Position numbers and translations under genes: made by a program
Origin: a bacterium BMS3Bbin08
GTDB taxonomy: Bacteria; Nitrospirota; Thermodesulfovibrionia; UBA6902; BMS3Bbin08
NCBI GenBank assembly: GCA_002897775.1
Contig: BDTR01000030.1
Coordinates: forward strand, 128,070 to 192,069
Length of the DNA: 64,000 nucleotides
Direction of reading: 5' to 3'
In this document: positions 51,478-62,086 of the stretch, one piece after another
How positions within the stretch are numbered: the first letter of the stretch is position 1
How the letters are laid out: each line of letters starts with the position of its first letter
The notes under the pieces: generated by a model
Database searches by the model: none
What the model was told of the DNA's origin: nothing
Seen by the model: the letters and a program-made list of their open reading frames with translations, nothing else

Positions 51478-52449
51478 TTGGATATTCTGAAGGTTTTTTT
51501 TCCTGCATCCGGGGTTGAAACATATATATTTATCCCTCCTGTTGTCGCGTTTATTATTTCATTTTTCACTTCCATGAGCGGTGTTTCAGGCGCTTTTCTT
51601 CTGCTTCCTTTTCAGATGAGTTTTTTAAATTTTACCAGCCCTTCTGTCAGCTCCACCAATTTTGTTTTCAATATTGTTGCCATTCCAAGCGGTGTCTACC
51701 GCTATATTAAAGAAAAACGCATGGCATGGCCTCTGGTGTGGGTAATTATCATCGGAACGCTTCCGGGTGTGCTTTTCGGGTACTACATAAGGGCCCTGTA
51801 TATGCCTGACCCCGGGGTGTTTAAATTCTTTGTAGGCTGCGTACTGTTTTATATCAGCATCCGCCTTCTGCTTGATGCCACGAAAAAAACAGGGCAGAAG
51901 AACGCTGGAGTGAATGCCATTGATGATAAATTCCGTGAAAATGTCAAAAAATATAAGGCAGAACAAAGACGCGGTCCTGCTTCAGGCATACCTTCCTCCG
52001 CGGTTATAAAGACCATTTCTTTCACGCTGACCAGGACCGAGTACGAGTTCTGGGGAGAAAAATTTTCTTTTAATACATCTGGCGTATTCCTGTTCGCGTT
52101 TTTTGTGGGAATTATCGGGGGTACTTATGGTATTGGCGGCGGGGCGATCATAGCTCCATTTCTGGTTACGTTCTTTCACCTTCCTGTTTATACCATCGCA
52201 GGCGCGACATTAATGAGCACACTTTTAACCTCTGTTTCAGGAGTTGCCTTCTACAGTTTTCTTCCGGTTAAAGGCGGTGTGACCGCTCCTCCTGACTGGC
52301 TGTTGGGGCTTCTTTTCGGAGCAGGAGGATTTCTTGGGATGTACCTTGGAGCCCGTTGCCAGAAATTCGTCCCTCAGAAACTTATAAAAGCGCTTTTAGG
52401 CCTGTTGATCGTGTTCGTGGCGGTAAAATATATTTATCAGTATTTTTGA
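51478..52449 (+). CDS. TauE/SafE (DUF81) family anion exporter
   Basis: 323 aa. Duplicated 4-TM halves with GxGGG-type motifs (SGVSGAFLLLP, GIGGGAIIAP). Confidence 0.75.
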   Translation: MDILKVFFPASGVETYIFIPPVVAFIISFFTSMSGVSGAFLLLPFQMSFLNFTSPSVSSTNFVFNIVAIPSGVYRYIKEKRMAWPLVWVIIIGTLPGVLFGYYIRALYMPDPGVFKFFVGCVLFYISIRLLLDATKKTGQKNAGVNAIDDKFRENVKKYKAEQRRGPASGIPSSAVIKTISFTLTRTEYEFWGEKFSFNTSGVFLFAFFVGIIGGTYGIGGGAIIAPFLVTFFHLPVYTIAGATLMSTLLTSVSGVAFYSFLPVKGGVTAPPDWLLGLLFGAGGFLGMYLGARCQKFVPQKLIKALLGLLIVFVAVKYIYQYF

Positions 52450-52485
52450 CGTTATAACATAACGTCTGATTTCACCGATATAAAT

Positions 52486-53373
52486 ATGGATTACACAGAT
52501 AAAAACTGCTATCATTGTGCCGGGAGGATCCAATTGAATAGCAGGATATTTTCTTTTCTTTTTATTTTGTTCTTTTTAGTTGTTTTTCTGTCTCAGGCAT
52601 CTGCTGAGACTCTGGATTGGGCCGTACCTACGAGGATACGCTGCGCTTCAACTACAAGCACACAAAACTCAGGATTGCTTGATTATATCTTGCCGGTGTT
52701 TGAGAAAAAGGCCGGTATCAGGGTCGATGTGGTTGCTGTTGGAACAGGCGCCGCGATCGAGATCGGCAAAAGGGGTGACGCGGACGTTGTTCTTGTGCAC
52801 GCAAAGGAACTGGAACTGGAAGCTGTGCGGCAGGGATATTTTATTGACCGTTATGATGTTATGTACAATGATTTTGTTATTATCGGCCCTCCTGACGACC
52901 CGGCAGGCATAAAAGGCATGGAGTCTGCGGCCGAGGCTTTCAGAAATATTGCGAACAGAAATCTGTTTGTTTCAAGGGGAGATAAGTCAGGCACCCATAT
53001 GAAGGAACTGTCAATCTGGGACAAGGCGGGTTTAGATCCCGCTGGAAATAAATGGTATTTGGAAGTCGGCCAGGGGATGGCAAAGGCCCAGAGGATAGCC
53101 AATGAAAAAAGGGCGTATACCCTGACTGACAGGGGCACATGGCTTGCTTTAAAGGACAAAGACAGGCTGGAAATGGCGGTTCTGCTTGAAGGAGACCCCA
53201 TGTTGTTCAATCAATACGGGGTAATGGCTGTTAATCCATCAAGGCATCCTCATGTTAAGTATGATGATGCGAAGAAATTTATAAACTGGCTTGTGTCAAA
53301 AGAAGGTCAGGACGCGATCGCGTCATTCAAAGATAAAAACGGCAATCAGTTGTTTATACCGAATGCGGAGTAA
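52486..53373 (+). CDS. periplasmic substrate-binding protein, tungstate/molybdate-type (TupA/WtpA-like)
   Basis: Signal peptide. STTSTQNSGLLDYILPVFEKKAGIRVDVVAVGTGAAIEIGKRGDADVV resembles TupA-like oxyanion-binding proteins. No permease or ATPase genes adjacent. Confidence 0.5.
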   Translation: MDYTDKNCYHCAGRIQLNSRIFSFLFILFFLVVFLSQASAETLDWAVPTRIRCASTTSTQNSGLLDYILPVFEKKAGIRVDVVAVGTGAAIEIGKRGDADVVLVHAKELELEAVRQGYFIDRYDVMYNDFVIIGPPDDPAGIKGMESAAEAFRNIANRNLFVSRGDKSGTHMKELSIWDKAGLDPAGNKWYLEVGQGMAKAQRIANEKRAYTLTDRGTWLALKDKDRLEMAVLLEGDPMLFNQYGVMAVNPSRHPHVKYDDAKKFINWLVSKEGQDAIASFKDKNGNQLFIPNAE

Positions 53374-53458
53374 AACAGAGAAGTGCAGAACGAAAAATTA
53401 ACCGATGCGAGACAGCCGAAGCTGGTTCGCATTCGTTTGAATAACAGGTTAGGTTTTT

Positions 53459-53686
53459 TTATATGAGTTTCTTGAACTCATCAACAGATAAATTTGCCTG
53501 TTTTAAGATATGTGATAAGGTTGACCTCTTGATGGGTTTGTGTGCTGGAACTGTGAGTTTTAAGGTCTTTTCTGAGGTGTGCTTATGTAACCTGATATGA
53601 CTGCCTTTTTGTCGAACCACGACCCATCCATTACGGCGTAGAGCTTTAACGATCTGTTCATAATTTAAGCTCGGAACCTTTGTCAT
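53459..53686 (-). CDS. hicA: HicA-family mRNA interferase toxin
   Basis: 75 aa. GWVVVRQKGSHIRLHK is the YcfA/HicA motif. Confidence 0.75.
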   Translation of the reverse strand: MTKVPSLNYEQIVKALRRNGWVVVRQKGSHIRLHKHTSEKTLKLTVPAHKPIKRSTLSHILKQANLSVDEFKKLI

Positions 53687-53904
53687 ACAGTGACTTCAAG
53701 AACTCGCGCTTCTGGATTAAATTCAATATCGTCTTCGATTGGCTCAAGATACAATTCAATAGCTTCTCGAATGTGGCTTAGTGCTTCTTCCTGTGTATCA
53801 CCTTCACTAATACAGCCTGGAAGTGACGGAACAATAGCCGTGAATCCTCCTTCATCGCTCGGCTCTAAAATTACTTTAAGTTTCATCTTTAAACCTCCAA
53901 CCAT
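53683..53904 (-). CDS. hicB: HicB-family antitoxin (UPF0150)
   Basis: 73 aa. EGGFTAIVPSLPGCISEGDTQEEALSHIREAIELYLE. Overlaps hicA by 4 nt. Confidence 0.75.
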   Translation of the reverse strand: MVGGLKMKLKVILEPSDEGGFTAIVPSLPGCISEGDTQEEALSHIREAIELYLEPIEDDIEFNPEARVLEVTV

Positions 53905-53980
53905 TGGTTACTTAACAACTTCTTAATCGCAGAATAACTCATCCTTCTAACATCTAAATTATACCAGAATAGAGAAGAAA

Positions 53981-54187
53981 TTAAGAAAAATTCCATTCGT
54001 ACACATAGTCTTCACTTTGAAAAGCAGTTTTTATTTTCTCAGCACATTCATAACTGCAAGTAATAATAGCAATATCTTTTTCATCATCTTTGAACGGAAT
54101 TATAAAAACAGGAATTTCTTTATATCGAGTCTCGTTTCCATAATCTTCGAAATGGGGAACAGAAGGGATTTCCTCTTTTATCGTCAT
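53981..54187 (-). CDS. small hypothetical protein (68 aa)
   Basis: ORF only. Confidence 0.35.
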   Translation of the reverse strand: MTIKEEIPSVPHFEDYGNETRYKEIPVFIIPFKDDEKDIAIITCSYECAEKIKTAFQSEDYVYEWNFS

Positions 54188-54206
54188 ACAGGAGTGATCG
54201 CTGTTC

Positions 54207-54407
54207 TTACTCTTTTTCCAGTTTTAAAATGCAGTGCCTGGTGAAATCCGAGGCCTCGTTAGCTGTCCAGTCTCCTTTGGGCTTTTCTTTTATCTTTTTG
54301 CACCAGGCATCACTGCCCACCTCAGGAGAACAGCCCGCAAATAAAAAAATACAGCACGCAAGCACAACAGCTTTACATAAAATCCTCATTTCACTCTCCT
54401 TTTTCAC
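54207..54407 (-). CDS. small lipoprotein (probable start at the MRIL Met)
   Basis: Lipobox LFAGC. Confidence 0.45.
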   Translation of the reverse strand: MKKESEMRILCKAVVLACCIFLFAGCSPEVGSDAWCKKIKEKPKGDWTANEASDFTRHCILKLEKE

Positions 54408-54879
54408 TAAACTCTTTTTTTATAGCCGGCCTGATCAATACTATAATCAGCAATAAACTTAATGCGGCGTAAATATATGGCGGCCATACATTTATGACAC
54501 TAACTACGGGGATACCGTCAGGCAGTTCCTGCATAGGAAGATTTTTTGTCAGATATTCAATGAAGACAAAGCTTATTGCTTTAATAACATTGGCGGATAA
54601 CATAATGAACGAAACAATAAGTGCCCATCTCCAACCCCACCCTTTAAACCTGACAAGCCCGCAGCCGGCCGCAATTGCCAGGACCGGGACCAGCAGGTTG
54701 AAAAATATCACTGATCCGTCCAGATACACTATGTTAGCCAATGAGTCACGCAAACCTGGGGTGAAGAAGGTAGAGATTGAAGAATAAATATCATTGGCTT
54801 TAAAGAATATACTGGATATCCCTGATACGATCAGGATGGTGCCGATAACTTTTATTATCGCTTTATTGTTTAAAACCAT
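54391..54879 (-). CDS. membrane protein (4 TM), function unknown
   Basis: Hydrophobic segments. Confidence 0.45.
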   Translation of the reverse strand: MVLNNKAIIKVIGTILIVSGISSIFFKANDIYSSISTFFTPGLRDSLANIVYLDGSVIFFNLLVPVLAIAAGCGLVRFKGWGWRWALIVSFIMLSANVIKAISFVFIEYLTKNLPMQELPDGIPVVSVINVWPPYIYAALSLLLIIVLIRPAIKKEFSEKGE

Positions 54880-54900
54880 ATATTGATGTTTATCAACAGG

Positions 54901-56022
54901 TCAGCCCGCCGCCTTTTTCTCCTTTTCTTTTTTCTCAGTCACGCAGTATATGCCGCCTTCTTCAAGCCCGGGCTTAAAACAGCTGTTGCATGATATGCAC
55001 TTTGCCGGACTGTGGTCGCCTTCTTTCCAGCGGTTCGGCAGGTTCGGCTCGCGGATAAACGGCCTGGCCATTGATATATAGTCTACACTGCCGCTGCTTA
55101 CTGCTTTTTCAGCTACATAATATGACCTGAACCCTCCCACTGCCATTACAGGACAGCTGACCGCCTGTTTGATTCTGCGCGCCAGGTCCAGGTTATACGC
55201 CTCTTTTTCAGGCATGTTTATCTGCGTACGCGCAGGGCTTTCATCGCCTGACGACTGGGTGCCCGCGGAGACCTCTATGGCGTCAATGCCGTCATCTGAA
55301 AGTTTTTTTGCGGCATAGACCGCGTCGTCGATCTCCAGGCCGCCTTTAAGGTTGTCCGCGGCATTGAGCTTGATAAGCACAGGATAATCCTCGCCAACTG
55401 TCTGCCGCACCTTTAGATACACCTGCAGAAGAAACCGGCTGCGGTTTTCAATACTGCCGCCGTATTCATCAGTGCGCCGGTTTGTAAGAGGGGAAAGGAA
55501 CTGGTTGATAAGATAGCCGTGCGCGCCGTGCAGTTCGACCGCGTCAAAGCCCCATGCCTTTGCCCGGCGGGCTCCGTCCGCGAACGCCGTAGCAATATCA
55601 TATATCTCATCTTTTGTAAGTTCAGCAGGTGTCTCAGGGAACTGGTCGACCTTGATAGCTGAAGGCGCAAGGGGCTGGCGTCCGGCGGTTGCTGAATCGG
55701 TCTGTCCGCCGGCATGGACCAGCTGGACGGCGATCTTGCCGCCTGCCTCATGCACAGCAGTGGTCATTTTTCTGAAGTCGTCGGAAAAATCATCTGTATG
55801 TATGCCCATTTTAGCGGGAAGCCCTTTTCCCTCCGGCCTTACAAAAGTATAGCCTGTAATGATCAGGCCTACACCGCCCTGTGCCAGATCACGGTAACAG
55901 TTGATCAGTTTTTCAGTGGGCCTTCCGTCCTGTTCGCACATGCCTTCCCATGTAGCGGACCTTACGAGCCTGTTCCTCAGGGTCATACCTTTAATTTCAG
56001 TTTCTTCAAATAATGCAGCCAT
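54901..56022 (-). CDS. Old Yellow Enzyme family NADH:flavin oxidoreductase
   Basis: LRNRLVRSATWEG...HGAHGYLINQFLSP...AVGGF are OYE TIM-barrel motifs. Confidence 0.85.
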   Translation of the reverse strand: MAALFEETEIKGMTLRNRLVRSATWEGMCEQDGRPTEKLINCYRDLAQGGVGLIITGYTFVRPEGKGLPAKMGIHTDDFSDDFRKMTTAVHEAGGKIAVQLVHAGGQTDSATAGRQPLAPSAIKVDQFPETPAELTKDEIYDIATAFADGARRAKAWGFDAVELHGAHGYLINQFLSPLTNRRTDEYGGSIENRSRFLLQVYLKVRQTVGEDYPVLIKLNAADNLKGGLEIDDAVYAAKKLSDDGIDAIEVSAGTQSSGDESPARTQINMPEKEAYNLDLARRIKQAVSCPVMAVGGFRSYYVAEKAVSSGSVDYISMARPFIREPNLPNRWKEGDHSPAKCISCNSCFKPGLEEGGIYCVTEKKEKEKKAAG

Positions 56023-56301
56023 ATAATGCCTCCTCTTCTCCGGCTTTAAAAAATTAAGAATTAACTTTGAGCCTGGACACTATTTTATCAGCAAACATTT
56101 ATTTTATGCTTTTTTCGTTGTGGACTTCCAGAAGGGCGTCGAGGAGCACTTTTGGGTCAGACGGACCGCCCCGGCCTCAATAAGCAGTTCTCCGGGTCTT
56201 TTTTTGTTCTCCGGCATGATCGCCTCTGTAAATCCGGTACCAGGTTATATGGTTTAACTCATTTATATCAAAAGCCCTTTCCCCTGTCAACACGCACATA
56301 A

Positions 56302-56332
56302 AAAAGGGGTCTGGAATTTCCAGACCCCTTTT
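56302..56332 (-). terminator. intrinsic terminator for the minus-strand cytochrome operon
   Basis: GGGGTCTGGAA-TTT-CCAGACCCC hairpin, followed on the minus strand by TTTTTTAT. Confidence 0.6.
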
Positions 56333-56360
56333 GAGATTTATGCTGATTGAATGTTAGTTC

Positions 56361-56951
56361 TTATTTTTTTATATATTTTAAAGGAAAGTGCTTGTGAGTT
56401 TTTTTGAGCCTCTCTTTAAAATTAAACTTGTACTTGGCATCGAGCTTCTCGTTAAACGGGCTGTCACCGCCGTGACATACCAGGCAGGTCTTTTCATCTT
56501 CTGATGGAATTATAAGGCCTACTGACTTGAGTTCGTCCGAAGTATATCCATTCTCTTTCCATGTTTTTTTGTTCTTTTTCATAACTTTTTTGTAATTACT
56601 GCCCGGGCCGTGACACGCTTCACACTGCACGTTTGCCAGCTTTGGCGTCTCTTCCATGTTTTTGAATCCGCCCGGTTTGTCATAGCCTGTTGTGTGGCAT
56701 TTCAGACACTTGGCATCGGTTGTGTAGTCTTTGGCAGGATCCAGACCTGCTTTTTTCTTTTCTTCTACCTTTACATTGGGGTTGAGGTTCTCAAAGCTGT
56801 TTGCCATTGATGTTTTTTCCCAGGCCTTATACTGCTTTATATGGCATGCCTTGCATTTTTTCCCTCCGATGTAGTCAGCAGCGCCTGCTGTGCTTCCAAG
56901 GGCCATTAACAGTATCAACGAGAGAAGCACGGGGATTGTCCTCTTCATCAT
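56361..56951 (-). CDS. periplasmic tetraheme c-type cytochrome
   Basis: Signal peptide. Four CxxCH motifs (CKACH, CLKCH, CEACH, CLVCH). Confidence 0.85.
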   Translation of the reverse strand: MMKRTIPVLLSLILLMALGSTAGAADYIGGKKCKACHIKQYKAWEKTSMANSFENLNPNVKVEEKKKAGLDPAKDYTTDAKCLKCHTTGYDKPGGFKNMEETPKLANVQCEACHGPGSNYKKVMKKNKKTWKENGYTSDELKSVGLIIPSEDEKTCLVCHGGDSPFNEKLDAKYKFNFKERLKKTHKHFPLKYIKK

Positions 56952-57044
56952 TCTACGTCCTCCTTAGATAGAAAATTTGTAAAGTGAGCGGTATGTTTAC
57001 AATTCTTATTTTAAATAAAAATGTCTTACGGTGTCAATGAGAAA

Positions 57045-59315
57045 TTATTTTTCAGTCCGTGGCCCGAGGGGCCGTTTGTTGCGCGGTACACGCTCTATGG
57101 GATCATGGAAATACTTGTACCTGAAGAGCGCGTCAAGGCCGTGGCAGTCTATGCATATAGTGTTATAACTGATATTTCGCAGAAAACTGTTGGTTACATG
57201 ACCTTCCAGATTTTTGCCCACGCCCTTTTTTCTTTCCAGCGGGCTCCACTGGTGCGCGTTGTGGCATGATGGACAGGAAATATTGCCTACGTTTATCTCC
57301 CGGCCTTGATTATCATAAATCGGAGTATAGTCTATGGCCAGTCTGTTACAGTGCATGATATTATTGATCAGCCTGCCTTTTGGATGGGTCGCGATAAGCG
57401 GTATCTTGTTCTCCGCGACATTGCCTTTGGAATGACAGCTCAGGCACAGGGAATCCATAAAGGTTTGCTCGGCAGTATAGCTTCCGTAGGGCCTTGCCCA
57501 GAGCTTAATCTTATTGGGGCTGTTGTGGACAAGGTGACAGACACCGCACTGTCCGGACTGTTTCGGGGTCTGGCCAAGCAGGTTTTTGGCCTCAGGCGCA
57601 GTGACATTAAGGTCGTGGTCTGTGCCGTCGATATATGCCTTGTCAGCGTGGCAGCTTTCGCAGAGATCTGAAGAGGGTGAACTCGGCTTCCTGAGGAAGC
57701 TGTTCGAGGCATCGCCTTCTATATTCCTGTATTCATAGTTCTCTATTGGTTTTGCCGGGTCCCACACATGCGGGTCATGGCAGGTGATACAGACCATTTT
57801 ACCATTTGGTATTCTGTAGCCATCACTGTCATACAAAGGCAGGGTCGTTGTTATCTTGAACTTATCAAGGGTTACGTCAACCGGATGATAGATATCCCCT
57901 ATCAATTTTGCCTTTGCGGCGCCGTTCTTGTTATGGCACCCTGAGCATAACTGTGTTACAAAGTCCTTGTCTCCGGTAAGTTCTTTTGCCCACATATGGT
58001 CAGCTGCCGCGTTGTGAGGAATGTGGCACGCCCCGCATGGGCCCGACGCCTTTACAGTAAATCCCTGTATGTTCTTCTCAAGCGGAGCCGTGATATCAAG
58101 ATTATGGTCAGACATCGGCAGCTGTCTTTTGTCTATATGGCATTCCAGGCACAGTCCTGAGTCAGAGCTGTTGGGCAGCCTTAAAAAACTGTTCGATGAA
58201 TCGCCCTCAACATCCTTGCCGCCTTTGTTCGTGGGAGAGCTCGGGTCCCACCTGTGAATATTATGGCAGGTAAAGCACTGTACCTTGCCCTCGGGATTTG
58301 TCGCGCCGTCCGCTGAAAATAACGGAAGAACACCGGGTATTGTTGTTTCAGCGACCGGCTTCATGTTAATGGGATGTGAGTACTTGCCGATACGTTTTGC
58401 TTTGTATCCTGTGTCGTCTCCGTGACATGTAAGGCACATCTGCGAGGCGGGATTGCCCTGTTTAAGCGGCCTTGCCCAGAGTTTTTTGCCCGCTGCCCTG
58501 TGCGGTGTGTGGCATGCCCCGCAAGGGCCTGTTTCAGATAACTTCCTGCCTTTTATGTTCTTTTCATCCGGCATGGTCAGACGCAGATCATGCTTTGTAT
58601 CTATCAGGTCTCTTTGTTTTACATGGCAGGTCCTGCAAAGTTTTGAATCTTTATTGTCGATTACCAGTATTTTTTTCCCTCTGGCGCCGTGCACTTTGTG
58701 ACAGCTTTGACAGATCACCTTGTTCCTTTTGCTTGCCCTTTTGCCTCCCATCCTGAACAGCTCGTCAGGCAGTTCAAGGGCTGTGGAATCAAGAGGATGC
58801 CCGTTTGAACGCTTGTAGTCAGCCTCTTTCCTGTGGCACATCTTGCAAAGGCTTGAGTCCACGTTTTTTTCCCTGATGACCGAGGTCCGTCCCATCGGAT
58901 CGTCGTGCGGCGCGGCTCCCTTGCCGTGCGCGGAATGACAGGTCCCGCAGTATATCTCGCCTTTTACACTTAAAGGAAGATTTTCAGGGACCTGGATGTT
59001 CTTTGAGGGCTTTACAAAAGTCGGATGCCTGTTGTACTTCCAGGCAACGGCGCGGGAATCCAGCACATAGCCGTCATGACAGGTGTAACATATCGCTTCG
59101 GAACTGACAACGCCCTGCGTGTCTTTCATAAGCACATTACCCGGTTTCCATTCGATCAGGGTCTCTTTGTCGGTCCTGAAGTCGTCCATCCACATGACAT
59201 GGCAGACAACACAATCCCTTTTTGAGGATATCTCAAGGGCATGGGCAGGCAAAGAGAAAGCAAAGCATAGAAGAAAAGCCAGTAAATATATTGTTATTCT
59301 GGGCATAGTGAACAT
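57045..59315 (-). CDS. large multiheme c-type cytochrome (18 CxxCH motifs)
   Basis: 756 aa. Signal peptide. 18 CxxCH haem-binding sites. Confidence 0.88.
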   Translation of the reverse strand: MFTMPRITIYLLAFLLCFAFSLPAHALEISSKRDCVVCHVMWMDDFRTDKETLIEWKPGNVLMKDTQGVVSSEAICYTCHDGYVLDSRAVAWKYNRHPTFVKPSKNIQVPENLPLSVKGEIYCGTCHSAHGKGAAPHDDPMGRTSVIREKNVDSSLCKMCHRKEADYKRSNGHPLDSTALELPDELFRMGGKRASKRNKVICQSCHKVHGARGKKILVIDNKDSKLCRTCHVKQRDLIDTKHDLRLTMPDEKNIKGRKLSETGPCGACHTPHRAAGKKLWARPLKQGNPASQMCLTCHGDDTGYKAKRIGKYSHPINMKPVAETTIPGVLPLFSADGATNPEGKVQCFTCHNIHRWDPSSPTNKGGKDVEGDSSNSFLRLPNSSDSGLCLECHIDKRQLPMSDHNLDITAPLEKNIQGFTVKASGPCGACHIPHNAAADHMWAKELTGDKDFVTQLCSGCHNKNGAAKAKLIGDIYHPVDVTLDKFKITTTLPLYDSDGYRIPNGKMVCITCHDPHVWDPAKPIENYEYRNIEGDASNSFLRKPSSPSSDLCESCHADKAYIDGTDHDLNVTAPEAKNLLGQTPKQSGQCGVCHLVHNSPNKIKLWARPYGSYTAEQTFMDSLCLSCHSKGNVAENKIPLIATHPKGRLINNIMHCNRLAIDYTPIYDNQGREINVGNISCPSCHNAHQWSPLERKKGVGKNLEGHVTNSFLRNISYNTICIDCHGLDALFRYKYFHDPIERVPRNKRPLGPRTEK

Positions 59316-59328
59316 GTGACCCGTTTTT

Positions 59329-60258
59329 TTAATCCAGTATTTTCAATACAGTTATTTTATTGCTTCTCATCTCCACTACAAGCAGTTTATTATTATCTAT
59401 GAACATTCCCACAGGTGTATTAAATTTTCTTAACGTTCCCTTTTTGCACAGGGCCCCGATAAAACGTCCCATGTCAGTGAAGACCTGTATGACCCCCATA
59501 TAGCTGTCGCTGATGAATACCCTGCTTTTGCCGTCCACTGCCACCCCTTTTGGTCTGAAAAGATTACCTGGGAGAACACCCCATGAACCTATATCAGCTA
59601 TGAATTTTCCAAAAGGGTCGAATTTCTGAACCCGGGTGTTAAGCACATCAACAACGAATATTTCATTGAACTGGTTTATTGCCAGAATGCCCGGATAACG
59701 GAACTCCCCGTATTGCTCTCCCTGTTTTCCCCATTCAAACTCAAAAGTTCCGTTCTGCTTATATACCTTAATTTTGTGATTGTCATTGTCAGAGATATAG
59801 AGGTAATTTTTGAGTTTGGATACGAGGACGTCAACGGGGTCGGACGGCCGTTCACCCTTACCGCTATTGACAGTGAACATATATAGGAAATTCCCCTTTG
59901 GATCGAAGACCTGAACCCTGTGGTTCCCGGTATCAGCTATGAACACTTTCCCGTTATCGGATATGTCTATTCCAACGGGCTGTTTGAACTGTCCTTTTCC
60001 CGTGCCCCATCTGCCAAATGAGAATTTCCATTTCCCCCTTTTGTTGACAACTATTATCCTGTTGTTCACTCCGTCAACCAGATATATGTCGCCGTTAGGC
60101 CCTATAGCCAGATCGCTCGGCTGGTCAGCGTTGGGTTTGATCTCAAAAAGGGATCTTGTGTTTATGCATTCAACAGCTGGAGATACACTCGGAGCAAACA
60201 GGACGGAAAGGATCGCTATAAGAAAAAAAAAGCCAGAGATGAATCTTTTCTTAATCAA
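59329..60258 (-). CDS. NHL-repeat (six-bladed beta-propeller) periplasmic protein
   Basis: Signal peptide. Repeated YVVD/FVAD-type NHL blades (NNRIIVVN, NHRVQVFD, NHKIKVYK, NTRVQKFD). Confidence 0.75.
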   Translation of the reverse strand: MIKKRFISGFFFLIAILSVLFAPSVSPAVECINTRSLFEIKPNADQPSDLAIGPNGDIYLVDGVNNRIIVVNKRGKWKFSFGRWGTGKGQFKQPVGIDISDNGKVFIADTGNHRVQVFDPKGNFLYMFTVNSGKGERPSDPVDVLVSKLKNYLYISDNDNHKIKVYKQNGTFEFEWGKQGEQYGEFRYPGILAINQFNEIFVVDVLNTRVQKFDPFGKFIADIGSWGVLPGNLFRPKGVAVDGKSRVFISDSYMGVIQVFTDMGRFIGALCKKGTLRKFNTPVGMFIDNNKLLVVEMRSNKITVLKILD

Positions 60259-60353
60259 GCAAATAACTATCCCTTCAAATACAAATAGCCTTTCCGGCCA
60301 AAAAAGCAGGATGTTTTTTTTTATACATTATATATTTTATACCCGAACCTCTA

Positions 60354-61181
60354 CTATTTGAAGAGGTTCGGTATATAAAATTTCTCATATTTGGTAATCA
60401 TACCGGCGATATTCAACTGTTCAAGGTCGACTATCCTGTTTTCAGCAAAACCGAGTTTCCTGAAATCGAGAAGACCTTTCTTGGAATGGCAAACCTTGCA
60501 TTCATGTCCCTTGGGCTTGGTAGAAACATGGAACTTCTTTTTAACATTTTCTCTCTGCACAGGGGTAAGCTGGTCCCTGACTCTCATATAATCCTGCGCC
60601 AGGTCGGATTCCTGATGCTGGATGGCAGACAAAAGAGTATCTCCTGATTTGAAGTAAGGAGCTATTCTGGAGAACTGGTCTTTGACCGGCACAAGGTTTC
60701 CTGTTTCAGGGTCATAGCTGGTTCCGAAAAACGGGCCTTTTGGCTCTTTTTCAAGAGGGTTATACCATTTATAAACAATTTCATACCCTTTCTTTTCCTG
60801 AATGTGGCATGTCTCGCATACAAAGAACTGGGTATGCATGTTCAAAAGCGCCCTGACCTTTTTGTTCTTGCTGTGAGGATAATCAGAGTGGCATATAAAA
60901 CATACCGTGAGTTCCTTCCCGGGAAGCGTCGGGTATTCAACAACATTATGGAAATGCCTGTGTTTTTCATATTCTTCCTGGCGCTTGACGTCTTCCAGGA
61001 TAGCGGACCTTTTCTTCTCCTCCATCTTTTTCTGAAACGGCACCAGGATGGCGGGACCATGATGAGAAAATGTGAGATGGTACAGCACGGCGCCCAGCAC
61101 GGCAAGCGTGATGATTATGAAGACAAAGGCTATCAGAAGGACTATTTTCGGGTGGTCTAATCTTTTTGGTTCTCCTGGCAC
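60354..61181 (-). CDS. membrane-anchored triheme c-type cytochrome
   Basis: N-terminal TM helix. CFICH, CETCH, CKVCH. Confidence 0.8.
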   Translation of the reverse strand: MPGEPKRLDHPKIVLLIAFVFIIITLAVLGAVLYHLTFSHHGPAILVPFQKKMEEKKRSAILEDVKRQEEYEKHRHFHNVVEYPTLPGKELTVCFICHSDYPHSKNKKVRALLNMHTQFFVCETCHIQEKKGYEIVYKWYNPLEKEPKGPFFGTSYDPETGNLVPVKDQFSRIAPYFKSGDTLLSAIQHQESDLAQDYMRVRDQLTPVQRENVKKKFHVSTKPKGHECKVCHSKKGLLDFRKLGFAENRIVDLEQLNIAGMITKYEKFYIPNLFK

Positions 61182-62069
61182 TTAAAGGTCACCTCCTTTA
61201 GACTCAAATCCTTTTTCTTTTAATATCTTTTTCATATATTCTCTTTCTTCGGGTATCTCTTTAAGGTTGTTCAGATATTCAAGAAAGTGTTCTTCTATCT
61301 GGTGCTCTCTTGTTATTTTGCCTGTCAGGAACGTCCACTGCAGAGGGAACCTGCCCGGCACAACGTGGACATTTGACCAGTGCCAGAAAACTATGACCGT
61401 AATGGCCATGATCGCCTCGTCAGCGTGCATTAACCTCGCGAGGTCCTGGAAAAAAGCGGGATTCGGCCAGATAGTTGCCATCATCTCGGGGAATAACAGG
61501 GTTATACCAGCGCTTATAAGCACAAACGTTCCCCATAAGATAGCAAGGTAATGGAGCTTCTGCTTGTACATGAATTTTTCCATTTTGGGACGGAACTGTT
61601 CACGTCCGAAAAAGTATTTTATATCATGAACCAGGTCGTGAAGGTCTTTGAGTCTTGGGATCTGGGTCTTTTTAATGTCAAACTGTTTTTTCATGACCTT
61701 GTGGAGAGTGCCGCCAATAATCGTGAGAAGATGGTATATGCTTGCCGCGACCATTACAGCAGCGGCCATTTTATGCACTAACCGCGCGTTGTCAGTGCCG
61801 CCAAAGAGAAATGTGATCTGACGCGCCCACCACAGGTCACTGAAATGAAGCGACAGGCCTGTTGCTGCCAGTATGAGAAAAGCCACAAAAGTCAGAAAGT
61901 GCTGGATCACTATATGTATCGAGTACCTCGGCAGGTCGCCCAGGGGATCGGACTTTACATGTTTATATATGTCCCGGGGAATGGCCCCGACACCTTCGAC
62001 ATGGGTATAATATGATTCAGCTGTTTCTTCATCACCCATGGTCTCGATATTTTCAGCAGAAGTAGACAT
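61182..62069 (-). CDS. integral-membrane b-type cytochrome (FdnI/HydC-like dihaem cytochrome b family)
   Basis: Four or five TM helices with conserved His residues (HADEAIMA, HKMAAAVM). Confidence 0.65.
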   Translation of the reverse strand: MSTSAENIETMGDEETAESYYTHVEGVGAIPRDIYKHVKSDPLGDLPRYSIHIVIQHFLTFVAFLILAATGLSLHFSDLWWARQITFLFGGTDNARLVHKMAAAVMVAASIYHLLTIIGGTLHKVMKKQFDIKKTQIPRLKDLHDLVHDIKYFFGREQFRPKMEKFMYKQKLHYLAILWGTFVLISAGITLLFPEMMATIWPNPAFFQDLARLMHADEAIMAITVIVFWHWSNVHVVPGRFPLQWTFLTGKITREHQIEEHFLEYLNNLKEIPEEREYMKKILKEKGFESKGGDL

Positions 62070-62086
62070 AATCCCTCCAATATTTA

